Part shown: one piece after another, positions 38,905 to 52,038 of the stretch
Layout: the number at the start of each line of letters is the position of its first letter
How positions within the stretch are numbered: the stretch's first letter is position 1
From: Pecten maximus
Lineage: Eukaryota
Direction: 5' to 3'
DNA: 64,000 nucleotides
NCBI RefSeq assembly: GCF_902652985.1
Contig: NC_047015.1
Span: forward strand, 46,314,001-46,378,000
Position numbers and translations under genes: made by a program
Notes under the pieces: generated by a model
Seen by the model: only the letters and a program-made list of their open reading frames with translations
Databases searched by the model: none
What the model was told of the DNA's origin: nothing

Positions 38905-39345
38905 CGCCCTTCATTCGCTATGTCATAGTAATACAAAACGTCCTTTAGTTTCTATGCCATAGCAAAGTATTGACATACGTCCTACGGTATATATGTCATA
39001 GTAAAATAATACCATACATCATTCAGTCTCTATGTCATGGTGAAGTAATAAAATACGTCCTTCATTCTCTATGTCATTGTAAAATAATACCAAACGTCAT
39101 CCAGACTCTATGTCATGGTGAAGTAATAAATTACATCCTTCATTCTCTATGTCATAGTAAAATAATACCATGTGTTCTTAAGTCTCTATGGCATGGTCAA
39201 ATAATAACATACGTCCTTCATCCTCTAAGTCATAGTACAGTAATATTAAACGTCCTTCTTTCTCAATGTCATGTCGTAGACATTAATACAAAACGTCATA
39301 TATTATCTATGTCATAATAAAGTAATAGAATACGTCAAAGTAAAC
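38905..39345. repeat. Degenerate ~39-bp tandem repeat
   Basis: Recurrent tctctatgtcat(a/g)gtaaa(a/g)taata..acgtcct. Confidence 0.85.
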
Positions 39346-39598
39346 TAATTGTATCATATGCCTTTTAGTCATAGTATCAATATTACATTAAATCCTATGC
39401 CAGCACGGAAGGTTTAAATCAGAATATGATACATGATGCGGTACATGTGACACAACATATACATGTATGTATCAGAAGGAAGTCATATTCCTTAAACATT
39501 CACGTAACGAAGACCAAACGGCACGGTCGGATAAATCCTTGAGTTTATTCTTCTGCAATAATCAATAAATTATCAAATGCGTCTTTCTGATAACTTAC

Positions 39599-39719
39599 CG
39601 TCGATGTCGAATGCCTGGACCAACGTCTGGGCGATGAGGACACCCTGTAGATCCATACGTTACGGGGACTGTAGCGGGGGTATAAAATAGTGGACCCTGG
39701 ATGGCTGACGCAGACAACT
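39599..39719 (-). CDS. M13-like exon (HExxH-equivalent), 121 nt with +1 frameshift
   Basis: ctgtag|AG TTG..GAC G|gtaagt; removing one base at 39643-39645 gives ELSASAIQGPLFYTPATVPVTYGSTGVLIAQTLVQAFDID. Confidence 0.87.
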
Positions 39720-40202
39720 CTACAGAAAGGCAAAACGTATTGTTTTCAATATATGGATCTCTTTAAACATGATATAGATATTGTCTAACTTTAACGCTTG
39801 ATCGTAAAGAAAGGGAACTTCAAATACCAGAGTCAAGATTCAGTTATATCTTTCTTCCCATGTGACCTGACATTATTACATTGTAATCTCAAACGATTAA
39901 AAGATATAGACATCGAATTGTTTTTTTACATATTTGAAAGGATGAGTTCTCAAAACTGTTATGATACTCATATTAGGTCAGATATCTTTCATCTTTATTC
40001 ATCATTCATTTTAGAAAAAAAAACAAAAACTATCTGTAGTCGATACATGTCAATAAAATGTAAACAGTATTATTCATCGATTTCTTATGCTTGTAAATAT
40101 GTAATTTCATTTTAGGTTTACTGCTATCAGTGTACACAATACAAACATGTACATATAGCTTTAGGTCGTACATGTCAACAATTGGATGTATGCATAACTT
40201 AC

Positions 40203-40954
40203 CTACTGACTGGTATTTTTTCACAAACTTGCTGTTTGTCAGCCTCCACGCCGGGCAAATCTTAATCCCTGTTATGTAGAGTTTGTGTTTAGTTCTAATT
40301 ATTTCTATCATATTGTCGATATAACCACCAGTTAGTTTGGAGATGTCAAACACTCCTCTCTCGATCAATGCTTTCCACTTCGTCCATTCAAAATGGAGAG
40401 TGATGTTATCCATGTGGGCAGCCACTGCCTCCCTTTGGCTCCTTGGAATCCAGTATAAACCGTCCATGACCTCTATCAAGGTCTGTTTTAAGTTCACAAA
40501 TAGCATTTGAGATTCCTTTTCAAACACATCTAGTTTCGGAACAGGTGATAATCGCCGATAAAGGTAAAACAGTGGATAAATACGCTATACATTTTGCTTC
40601 GTCGTTGGAATGGTTTGGAATGTTATAAATACTAGTAGAAAAATTAAAAGGCTTGATTTTGTGTGCATATATATTGTATAAATCTGTGTGTAGTAGTGTA
40701 TGTATCCATACATAATGGGTGAGGGTAAGTGGGTCCGTTCGTGTAATCACACTTTGTACCGACGGGGAAAGGTCTACGGAGCAAATCTCCATCCCACCTG
40801 TCACGTTTCGGCCCTCTCCTAGTAACAGATTGAAAAACAATTCCCAAGAAATTCCATATCTTGGAAATTCTGCTTGCAATCTTGATATGTTCATTCTTGA
40901 ATCACAGTTTTCTATGGATCTGAAAACATTTTTGTTCTCATCTTTGTACCAGTT
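40203..40954 (-). CDS. M13-like large exon (752 nt) with +1 frameshift near 40520-40590
   Basis: tttcag|AAC TGG..GTA G|gtaagt; spans ORFs 40520-40894 (ISWELFF..HYVWIH..KCI) and 40030-40527 (LKQTLIEVMDGLYWI..TNSKF). Confidence 0.85.
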
Positions 40955-41925
40955 CTGAAAGTAAGAAAAATATTATATATACAATTTGGTCCTTTTGGTA
41001 ATCCAACAAAGCCCGATGACGTTTAAATGCAAACGTTTATTTACACGATCAACTGCAAACCACTTACAGCGTAAATGTATACTTAATTGGTTAGAAAATA
41101 CCCCTTTTTTTAGTTATGTTCGAAACTGTTATAATTATGGAAATATTGATACAACTTTGGTAATTACTCTTAATTGACTTTAAGAACATTTCTGAATGAT
41201 GGTAAAAGTAATGTTTTGTTGTTCAGGATTTTGAATTGGTTAAAAATATCAAGACAATACTAACACATAGCTAATTGTCCGATCATTTGTTTGATATTTT
41301 ATGTCCAGAAAGAATAAACAGCATTTTGTCTATTACAAACTAGACGTACTTTTAGTGAACACTTTTCTTTAACGTTGAGTCCATTCTCTATTCAAGACTA
41401 ATCCGCCTTGTCTTAAAGTACCAATGATCTTAGAATGAAAACAATCAACAATAGTAGCGTTTGTAGTCGATATTCCCACAGATCAATGCTCGTTCTTTGT
41501 CGCTGTACACTTCACGGCAATATAAGATGAATTCCGCGTAAATTTGTTTCTAGGTTTGCGTTCAAATTCAATAGAACATTATTGCAGTTGATTTATCAAT
41601 TAACATCCTCATTACGATACTTTTTATACAATAACTGGTAGCTACAATAATACTTGTCCCAACAACTAGAATACTACATCCATTTCCATTGATAATTAAC
41701 ATCAGTAGCTCAACGCCAGGGGGGTCAAATTTATAGTGTTAGTTTTAATTAAAACTATTAATAACAGAATGTTCATTGATGCAATTTGAGGGTAATCTGA
41801 TGCCGTTGCTAAACATATAATCTTTATTATATGACTAATCACTGGGATTTGCCACAAAGCAACATTGATTCGAATGGAAATGTGTCTAAAACAATGTAAT
41901 TATAGTATTAGGTTGGAGTGCTTAC

Positions 41926-42060
41926 CTTGTTCAGCGCCATTTCTAATTCAAAAACAGAATCCAAATTATTGATCAGAGCTCTGGTAAAATCGTCCCCTTC
42001 GTGTGAATCAAGAATGGTCATTGTCGCTGTCTCTAAGAACATCTTATACGACTGTATTGC
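41926..42060 (-). CDS. M13-like exon
   Basis: ttccag|GCA..AAG|gtaagc; AIQSYKMFLETATMTILDSHEGDDFTRALINNLDSVFELEMALNK. Confidence 0.88.
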
Positions 42061-43730
42061 CTGGAATGATCACCGCGCAAATGTACACGTCAGAGAACAT
42101 TTGTTCTGGTATACTATTGTTTTGTTATGCGTATCTATATTAAAGATAATTGTATTTATCAGAAATGGAAGGTTACGTGATACAATAACCCTGTCATACG
42201 TATTGATGATGTGTACCATGCGGAATATCGCTCATGGTGAAGTCATACGTAACGTTGATGTTACGTATTCACCATATGAAAAACGATGGTGATTCCTTCC
42301 GATAACATTGTCTTGAATTTAATATAGGTAACCAGTCAACATTATCTCTATACGAATACGATAGACACATCTCAGTCGCCATCTTGCTGAATATCTATGT
42401 TTAATTGGTGTTATCATATGAATAAAACTAATCTGGATTTTCATTATACAACCCATATTCATTAAGTCAAAGCGGAAGTTCAACGCTCAATAATGCACGT
42501 GATGGTAATTTTGCTTTTTTAATTACGTTGTATCCTACCCTAAAATAGGAACAGTGGCAAACATGAATTTTTTCAACTTTTAAATACGAATTTTAATAAG
42601 TCGTGGTAATATACATGTATTACTGTCAGCTTTAACATATCTGGTGAACCATTCTCATAGTGAAGAAATCAAGAAAAAAACACACGAATTATATCCACTG
42701 CTTTTTTCATATCGACTTTGAATATCGCTTGACAACAGCATTCATTAGCCCTAGAAACTGATGATGACTTCGGCCTGATAATGAAATGTCTAGAGTTGAT
42801 AACTCCTGTTGTTAACATCATCCAAGGTCACTAATTGTATAATATCACCATAGGCGCAGTCGTTTATATTCAAAATGTATTAAGCGACATATTTAATCAT
42901 CATACATGTTAAACCCTTAATTTTAGTTTAGACCACATATAGATTATATATAATTGGCTGTTTAGTATAGTGTGACGCTATGCCATTTAATAACAAAATC
43001 TAGTAAAAGCCAGGACTTTCGCTTAATAATCACGAAATTTAATGGGTAAATATCCGGTACGTCAAATAATTAAAGTATGTTAATTCCAAATGTATAATTT
43101 GTAGGGGAGCATTATAATCAAGAATAGGATAGTATTACAATCTCAAAGTTCTGAAGTAAGGGTCCTCTTCAGTGACCATGATATAATATTATTCATTGTA
43201 AGAAGACTTAATAATTACAAGAATTCGAGCACTGCGACTACAGTTTATTATACAATGCTACTGTTTGTATGTCTTCCTGTGTATGGCCCTTGAGGTGAGA
43301 ATTATTTGTTAATGTAACCAAAACTCATGATGAAGTCTTTCTACTTTGTTTGAAGGACAAAGTCATTCATGTATCCAATCATATCCAACAGCCCCCTCAG
43401 CTGAAATGCCAAATTATCAATTTACTGCTAATCTAATAAGGACTTTTATCAGATGATTAAACGGAGATACGGCTACTTATAACCCAAGGCACCAACAAAC
43501 AGCGCGTCAGCAGACAATACAAGTCTATTATACGAAATTCTGGTCTTCTTGTGAAAATTAGAAATTTAACCAATATTGCGAATTAGGGTTAATTCGTTCC
43601 TGTGTGAAGTGATTATGTCCAACAATAGTAAAACTAGCAATATCTGAAGGATGTTATAGCAATAACTGAAAGTAGCGTTTTAGGCATTTTACCTGATGAC
43701 AGATATCCATGAATTAACCATGTTTACTTT

Positions 43731-44524
43731 AACAAGGGCCCAATGGGCCCGAATCGCTCACCTGGTATCCAGTAATCCTTTTTATACATAAGCAAAATTA
43801 AGAACACATGTATCAGAGACCAGATATAAGATTTCAGGGCATAGCAGCTATTTAAAGAAAGTGTATTTTAAATATTTTGGCAAATTTAACTGTTTCCAAT
43901 CATGGTGAAGGTAATTCATTTAAACAAACTTTCTGGCCTTTACGCAAGCATGCTACAAGCCAAATATAATATATCTGGACCTTTTAGTTATTGAAAAAAC
44001 ATCATGAAAATATTTGAGTCTATTTGACCCATGTGACCTGGAAGTCAATGTCATTCATTTTAAAATGGTAGTCCTTTACCCCAGCATGCTACAGACCCAA
44101 TATTAGGTATCTTGGCATTTCGGCTATTGAGAAAAGAAGTCGTTTAAAGATTTCAGCCCATTCGACCCCTGTGACTTTGTATTTTGGTCAAGGGCATTCA
44201 TTTGAAACACATTTGGTAGCTCTTTACTCCAGAATGCTACAGACCCAATATCAAGTCCCTGGTCCTCTTTGTTATCGACAAGAAGTCGTTTAAAGTGTTT
44301 AGCCTATTTTATCCCTGTGACCTTGAATATTGGTCAAGGTAATTCATTTGAACAAACTTGGTTGTCCTTCATTCTAGCATGCTACAGGCCTAATATTAAC
44401 TCCCTGGTACTATTGGTTATTAAGGAGAAGTTGTGTAAATGGACGGACGGACATCCGGACGGGCGGACGACGCACGCCACGCAACGGCATTAACTCACTT
44501 GCCCTTCGGGTAGGTGAGCTTAAA
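43731..44524. mobile_element. Pearl/HINE-like (non-autonomous Helentron-type) element with internal tandem repeats
   Basis: Terminal hairpin gggcccaatgggccc; subterminal inverted repeats gctcacct / aggtgagc; four ~140-bp units (atgctaca..ccaatat at about 43950, 44086, 44234, 44380); (GGAC)n tract. Confidence 0.82.
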
Positions 44525-44575
44525 TAATAGTAAACATAGTTAAGACATTGATTTGGTTGTTTCTATTTTACTTAC

Positions 44576-44695
44576 TTTGTCAGATGTATAACTCCGATAA
44601 TATAACTCGCTTGGCATCAAATGTCGAAAATTGGAAACAATTTCATCGTCATCAAACAACTCCCTGATGACGTCATCTGAATAGTTGTTGAGGAT
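44576..44695 (-). CDS. M13-like exon
   Basis: acacag|ATC..AAA|gtaagt; ILNNYSDDVIRELFDDDEIVSNFRHLMPSELYYRSYTSDK. Confidence 0.8.
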
Positions 44696-45386
44696 CTGTG
44701 TAACAGATTAAGTAAGTTTGATTTATAGATATATGATGTAATCGTCGAACACAAATTTTTGGATTAATTGAACGTTAACGTTGCAAAATTTACGAATCTT
44801 CATCATCCATCGAAGAATAAATATTAAAGAAACAATTTCATTATGGTATCACACAAGACGAATTGTTGAATTGCTAGGTAGGTTTGAACATCTTCACTGC
44901 AGTTAATATATCATCATGATAAAATGGACGTACCTGTATTCTCCGTATGTACAGATTACTGATAAGAGTAATTCATTAAAGGATACTTGAAATTGATGAA
45001 AATTAATAAAATATATAAATATCATATCAAACTGACAAATAACTCATGAGAATATAATCGAAAACTTCCAAATGAATACCCCTGAAAGACAGGTGAATTT
45101 CGATTTTATTCAGGACGCCACAATTGCTGTTAAATATGTGTCTTATATGATATATTACATAGGCACATTATATGGTAGAAAATGCAAGGCATGCGACAGA
45201 TAGGATTTCCCCAACAACCCGTGCCGAGATATCAGTGTAACAGACACGATTGGGTCCGAATGCCGGTCAATATCAATTGGTATCGGGACAAATACGTATT
45301 GTACTTATCAGATCACAGAGGAAAATTGTCTCGTTTTGTGCCTGGAGATGCATTTGGATAATTCAGCCGCCGTGCCTATTACTTAC

Positions 45387-45529
45387 AGATATTTTCTGGT
45401 TCCTGTCCACCATAACCTTGAAAAATGGCGAAGCACCAAAATTTCTTGTCACCATAGCTACGAGTTTCGTCAATGTAAATTCGTTTGCCTCTAGCTGAGA
45501 AACGTTATGTGCGGTGACCAGATCCTGAA
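45387..45529 (-). CDS. M13-like exon
   Basis: ttaaag|TT CAG..TCT|gtaagt; IQDLVTAHNVSQLEANEFTLTKLVAMVTRNFGASPFFKVMVDRNQKIS. Confidence 0.78.
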
Positions 45530-46071
45530 CTTTAATAGAAAGGTTGATGTTGCAATGTAAAAATATGGTGATGAAAGCAAATCGAATCGTCTTGTTTTAT
45601 TGGTTACTCATGCATAGAAGATTCAATTTCACTTAAGCTTTCGAACAGTTCAAGACGACTGTTGGTGGAATCGTATTAGTATACGAGGATGGCTTCTCTG
45701 AATGCCAAAATAAAACCATCTTTATGTGACATAACGACACGATTAATCGATATAGCTCGTTTTAGTTTTCATCCATGCTGACATCCTCCATTAAACGTCC
45801 TCTCGTATTCATCAAGCGGTGTATAGCAAATCCAAAAACGTCTTAATACTCTCTAGCGACAACATAATGGCATTTTTATAATTATTGTCGATAAATTGAC
45901 CAACAAAATATACCTCAGGAAAAGTACCATTGAATATTCAACGCTACGTCTTCTGTCTTAATAATAACTAGTCGAAACAAGTTCACTTACAGAAACAGAA
46001 ACAAAAACTTCCTAGTGCCAGCATGAATAAATCGCTGTAAATCTGTTGGTTGCACGAACAGAAGTACTTAC

Positions 46072-46188
46072 TTGCAGACCTGATAGTACCAAGGGGAGTG
46101 TTCTGTCTCTGTAGACATGCGCGGTAGATAGTCTTTAGTTTATTCTCGTGTCGGGATACTAACGGGTCACTTGGTGCGGACAATCGAT
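46072..46188 (-). CDS. M13-like exon
   Basis: ttgcag|AT CGA..GCA A|gtaagt; DRLSAPSDPLVSRHENKLKTIYRACLQRQNTPLGTIRSA. Confidence 0.88.
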
Positions 46189-49051
46189 CTGCAATACGAA
46201 AGCAAGAGAACAAATTAATAATGATTAAATAAATAAACAAATACATAAATAAATAAATAAATAAAAGATTAGGCATAATTTGAATGCATGAACGAAAAAT
46301 GCTTATCGCTTGTTTAAATGATTAGTTATTGCAGATGGGCAATCAATATGAAGTGACCATTAAACTACTAGAGGGTTATCATAGATTTAAAAACTGGAAC
46401 AATCAATTGTATGTTTGCCATAATTTGAACTGTATACTCTATAGTGAACAACTACGCAGTATCATAAGCGTAATGTATTAAATGTCTCTTTCGTTAATGT
46501 TCCAGTTCTAGATAGCAACATCCAGCCTTTTCAAACCTATGGTGTTAACATATTTCGGCAGATACGTTATTCAATGGATTTTGCTCCTAGTTTCATTATT
46601 TCCTTGACAGATATTCACTGCTGACAGAAAAATAACAGTGTTTAAAAACTATAGGTTGATGAAGACCATAGAAATGTTTTTTGGAACGTTCTATGGTCGA
46701 CCCATGATCTCATCGTGAAGTACATAAATCTGATTCTCATGTGTGAAACGTATTTATGCATCTTCGATACACCTAATATCTTACATGATCATTACACGTA
46801 TCCCGATTTTCTGACATTTCTGTGCACACTTGTATTAAACTACTTTAGTGCCTGGTGCATCCTGAATGACTTATCTTGACGAAACACAATATCACGCTTC
46901 CACTCATGTGAGACAGGGACACTTTAGTTTAACGTTTAGAAAGACAATTTCTGTAATTGTTCATTGTTTCCAATTACAGTCCTTGCCATCTGTAGGATAG
47001 ATTTGTCTTCTCAATAAGATCATATATTGCCTTCTTTATCGCACTCCCGACCACACACTGTAGTTTTATGGTAGAGAGTCCAATCACGATACATATCTAT
47101 ATTGGTTACCGTGGTAGATAAAATATAATATGTTTAGACGTGAAACGATCCTATTAATAATACCATAATAGATGTTCTATATACACCAGCAATAGTTTTG
47201 TTATTGTTATTTTTTAATTGAAAGAACAGAATGAAAATTGACATGGCAGCCAAAATTTCGAATGGACAAATATACAATGTTTATCTATAACTAAACATCT
47301 GTGACTGATATCCCAAACCAAACGCGTATATGAATATGCTGATAAATATGTTTAGAGCACTTTGGCATTCCCGGAAATGATTTAAGAAATTTTGCGCGCT
47401 CCTGTGGCGAAAAAATATTTCTTATATTAACATTTTGACTGTTTTTTTTTGTTCATTTTGTTTGTTTGTTTTTTGTTTCAAATAAATAATCGTCTTTCGT
47501 TGTACGTTCTACACTTTGACGAAACAGCCTGTCAACTGATGAAATAGCAAAACAACTGATTCCGATTTGTCGGGAATTGTTTAACTACAGGAAACATAAT
47601 TCATATAGTTCCATCAAATTACTATCTATTTATTCCATTCCCGTAAGATATTTATTCAATTCCAATAATGTTTTGATTTTCATCATTGTTTATTAAAATC
47701 ATATTCAGAACTTGGAAATAGAATAGACCGCGTTTGTGCCGAATCGCGCACCAACCTAACTCACTGAATGTTTTCAATGTTGTGTTAATACGCGCAGTTT
47801 CAATGTAGTATTCCTACGCGCTACTTCAATGTAGTATTCCTGCGCGCCAAACAGAGAATACTTACCGGAAATATAAATACTAATACATGATCACTTTTGA
47901 ATTTCAGAAATAATACAAACAACTCGTATACAATGAACGGAGGGATTCAACACGATCTTATGATAAGTACTGTGTTTACAGTTTGAAAATTAAAGTTTCT
48001 TTAACGATACGTTTACAATAAACTCAAATATCCTAACCATACAATATTCATAATAATGATCATAGCAGGAGCATATAAACTTATGTATTTCAGTTCGATT
48101 TCAAGGTATGAACTATTCTAGATATATTTGTTTCATACCAAAACGCTGCCAGGTCGATTTTTGTTTATTACATGCGCTACTGTAAAGCGTTTATTTTCTA
48201 TGACTAGGGATTAAGTGACTTAATTCTGCTTTATTGAATTATATCGTTCTGCTTGCCGTCGCATTAACAGCGAATGGCCGAAAATGGTGGACAAGACGAG
48301 AACGGGAGTCACAATGCTCTTGACATAAAACAACTTCCTACGTTGTATCTAATACAAATAAATCGAAACCTTTTAATAGCATAGAGTGTATCCGTAATTG
48401 TCTGCTTCCTTCTCAGTTTTCAACATTTAGTGGTAGTGTATAAGCGGGGGCTTCTGGCAGGGGATGTCTTCTATTGAGATGGATAGGGCGCACGTACGCC
48501 AATCCATCAGCCTCGTTGTGGTGTTATTGCTGCAAGACTCACAAGCTTGGCTGCTTATTTGTTAATGCCAGTACCCCAACACCTCTCGCCAGTAACGAGA
48601 TGACCAAGAATGAAGACAGATCATGGTCTAACAATTACTGGTACCACACGGAAAAGCTCAAATAGCTTTTCTGGGTAGCCATGCGTTCTTTGTTAGGCGC
48701 AATAGTTCTGAAAAATTTCCGCAAAACACACAGAATACAATCGGATTACATTTATTGGATATTGATCTGAAAGGCATCATTAGAAGCCTCGGTGTAGCTA
48801 CATACATCAAGACCTGTCTTTTGTTTTAAATCTCAAAGCACGTTCATTGCATCAAAAGACTTAAATGACATTTCCCCAGTGAAAACATTGCATTTCTTCA
48901 AGACAAAGTAAACAGCCTTTTTAATTTGTCACTTCATTTAATTTATAATCCTTATTTCTCATTTGAAGTGTTCCCCTCCCTTGTTACGCAATGCATTGAC
49001 GAATGTCCTTTGCGCGGCTTACAAAACACCAGGGATAGTACAACATTATGT

Positions 49052-49270
49052 AGGCACGGCGGACTAAGGGTAGGACGCTAAGCAATGTGACCGAAGGGTC
49101 GCTAGTTCGAGTCCTGGAACGCCTGTTGTATTGCATGGTTGAACAAGATACTTTACTGCGGTGTGTTCCAGTAGAAATGAGTACAAGGTAGGACAGTACA
49201 AGAAATGTCGCGTATAAAATGTCAAATGCTCCGGCTGTATGCTCCCCATACCGGCTGGTTGCTAAAGACA
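49052..49270 (+). mobile_element. tRNA-derived SINE (CORE-like centre)
   Basis: Head ggcacggcggactaagggtagg, B box GTTCGAGTCC, CORE-like tgttgt..ttgaacaagatacttta, then ggctgtatgctcccca. Confidence 0.7.
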
Positions 49271-49950
49271 CAATAACTACGGATAATAATATGTAACCGC
49301 TTTGAAAGGACAATGTTGCTATGACAATATTATACCGTCCCTTATCCAAGTAAAATTGTAAGACTATAGCATACCAACAATAGTCCTGGTAGTTTGTAGG
49401 TCTAAATTAAACCGTCACTATATAATACCGTTCCTAGCCCAGCTGATTGCCGTCTCTAGTCAAATAAGATTGTAAGACTATATTATACCGTCTCTAGTCC
49501 AATAAGAGTGTAAGACTATATTATACTGTCTCTACAAAAAAAGTAGTCATCGTAGATTGTAAGACTGTATTATACCGTCCCTTATCCCAGTAAATTGTAA
49601 ATCTTTAATATACTGTCCCTAATCCCAGTTGATTGTAAGACTATATTATACCGTCCCTAATCCCAGTTGATTGTAAGACTATATTATACCATCCCTAATC
49701 CCAGTAAATTGTAAATATTTATTATGCTGTCTCTAGTCCCAGTAGATTGGAAGACTTATATTATACTATCCCTAATCCCAGTAAATTGTAAATCTTTATT
49801 ATGCTGTCTCTAGTCCCAGTAGATTGGAAGACTTATATTATACCGCCCCTTATCCCAATAGATTGTAAATCTTTATTATACCTATATTATAGTTCCTGTT
49901 GATTGAAAGACTATAGTATACCATCCCAAGCCCCCAGTAGACCTTATTGC

Positions 49951-50597
49951 ATTTTGCCAGTGAAATATAGAAATGTATTAAACTAATAAAACTTATATTT
50001 TCACTGCAGCGATGAGCAATGAAAATAAAAGGTTTTGCAGTGAAAATATGTTTTTCATTTTTGACCAATCAGATCGAACCCTGGTATTCACCTCATTGAA
50101 ATTTGCCGATTTGTTGCAGTCGAAGCGAAGATAGATAAATTGGTTATTTTGCTGTATTTCTGAAATATTCAGACTCATTTTTGACAAAATACTCACTTGA
50201 CGTTAGCTATTCATGCGCAGATTCTCCGACAACAGCAGAAAACGCTTAAATTGCGTTGATCGTTCCTTTTAAATGGCGCCGTCAAGTTGACGTGGAGTAG
50301 CGTAACAAAGAGATGACGTCATGAATTTTGTTACTGATTCCCACACTTTTTGACACTTTAAATTTTTCGACGTTTTAAATTTTTGTATATAAAATGCAAT
50401 AAAGAGAAAATTGAATGTTTTTTCCGTTTAATATAACACATATTTTATTCGTATGATAGAATATTTCGATATTTTTCACTTTTGGTATTTTCTAATCATT
50501 AATTTGATTGGTCAAATCAGCAAAGTGATATTTTTCACTAGTGAAAAAAATATCATTTTTATAAAATGAATAATTTTTGATATTTCACTGGTAAAAT
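49951..50597. mobile_element. MITE with terminal inverted repeats
   Basis: attttgccagtgaaatat / atatttcactggtaaaat; inner inverted ttgaccaatca / tgattggtcaa. Confidence 0.8.
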
Positions 50598-50660
50598 AAA
50601 AGTAAAAGTTACTGTAACAAAAGACTATATTATACCGACCCTTACCTCAGTAGATTATAA

Positions 50661-51172
50661 TACCATGATATGAAACAGGCAATGCCTGAAAAGAGCGAAG
50701 CTAGCTAGTATGCCAATGTACAACCTAAAAATATAGTGATAAACGTTTCGTCGTTTAATTACGAGAATGTGACCTTATATGACATGACCTTTGAAAGTCG
50801 TTAACTGTCGGTACTTTCCGTCCAAATGCAATCGCAACATCTCGGTTAATTTCCGGCAATCTTCGGAAATATGCCGAATGTTCCAAGTTCCGTCCTCGAA
50901 ACCATAACTCGAGCTATATTTTATTCGCAAGCTATAAGAGATATTTTTTATAAAAATAATAAGTCAGAATTATAAACACACCAACTGGATTGTACGTTAT
51001 ATAGACTGTTTATGTTAACAGTTTCTGCAGACATCTACACCGGGCTCCTAACTGTTTCCGTTTCCGGCAGAATTTTTTCTGGCTGTACCCTCCCGCAAGA
51101 CGTTATGCGAAGATGGACTAGAATAGTGTACATACATGTACGTGCACGTTAACGGTAAAGAGCTTTGCTCTT
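50661..51172. mobile_element. HINE-like non-autonomous element
   Basis: Hairpin caggcaatgcctg followed by aagagcgaagct, inverted partner agctttgctctt at far end; interrupts the minisatellite. Confidence 0.62.
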
Positions 51173-51392
51173 ATTATACTGACCCTTACCTCAGTAGATT
51201 ATAAGACTATAGTATACTGACCCTTGTCTAAGTAAATAACTATATCATACTGACCCTTACCTCAGTAGATTATAAGACTATATTAAACTGACCCTTGTCT
51301 AAGTAAATAACTATATTATACCGACCCTTATCTCAGTAGATTATAAGACTATATTATACTGACCCTTGTCTAAGTAAATAACTATAATATAA

Positions 51393-52038
51393 TTTTAGGC
51401 ATGGCCTATGTGAGAGCGCAGCAATCCCGGTGCCCATGGAATTCGAGAAACAAGCACACATAATCTAGTGTACTAGAATAGTAAATCCCACGTTACAAAA
51501 TGATTATATTGCCAACAGATCTATACACTGGTTTGTAATAAAGTATATATCAACAAGAATTATGATTTAGATAACTTACTACAAAAACTAATCGTAGAAT
51601 AAGTCTTAAAATAGACTGATTAAGCGATGACAAGGTGACGGGACAGCAGATCTCGCAGATGAGCAGCAGACGACAACAAAAAAATTCGGAAGTCCTCTTT
51701 ATTTTATGTGCTATATTTGGTAAACTTGTATGCAACTCGAACGGACCGGAGCTGCACTCGTAAAACACCGGAAATATTTTCGTTGAAAATTATACCGTTA
51801 CGTTTTGAATATAAAAAATTAAGAACTTGTTCGTGATAAATTTTATTAACAAATTCTAACTAGTGTGAAGTCAAACATTTGCATATTTTTAAAATCTTGA
51901 TATTTTGTAATCTCCCGAGAATGTGACTTTGAATACAGTCTTGCGCAACACTGGATCTTGTCGTGACTTCCTGTTTCCGGTTACAAAGAAAGTTTTTGAA
52001 CTCTAAGTATATTGGGGGAAAAGGGGGGGGGGGGGGGA
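51393..52038. mobile_element. Unclassified insertion in the minisatellite
   Basis: Non-repeat block between two satellite blocks; starts with palindromic taggcatggccta, ends in a G run. Confidence 0.4.

Noticed and set aside
38696-38914. SLSYGSPVCEIH resembling the M13 LNYG..HE region
   Set aside because: No suitable splice sites; the true equivalent exon is 39599-39719.
43340-43400. Exon-like tttcag|LRGLLDMIGYMNDFVLQTK on the minus strand
   Set aside because: Flanking exons already join in phase, there is no good in-phase donor and it runs into a stop.
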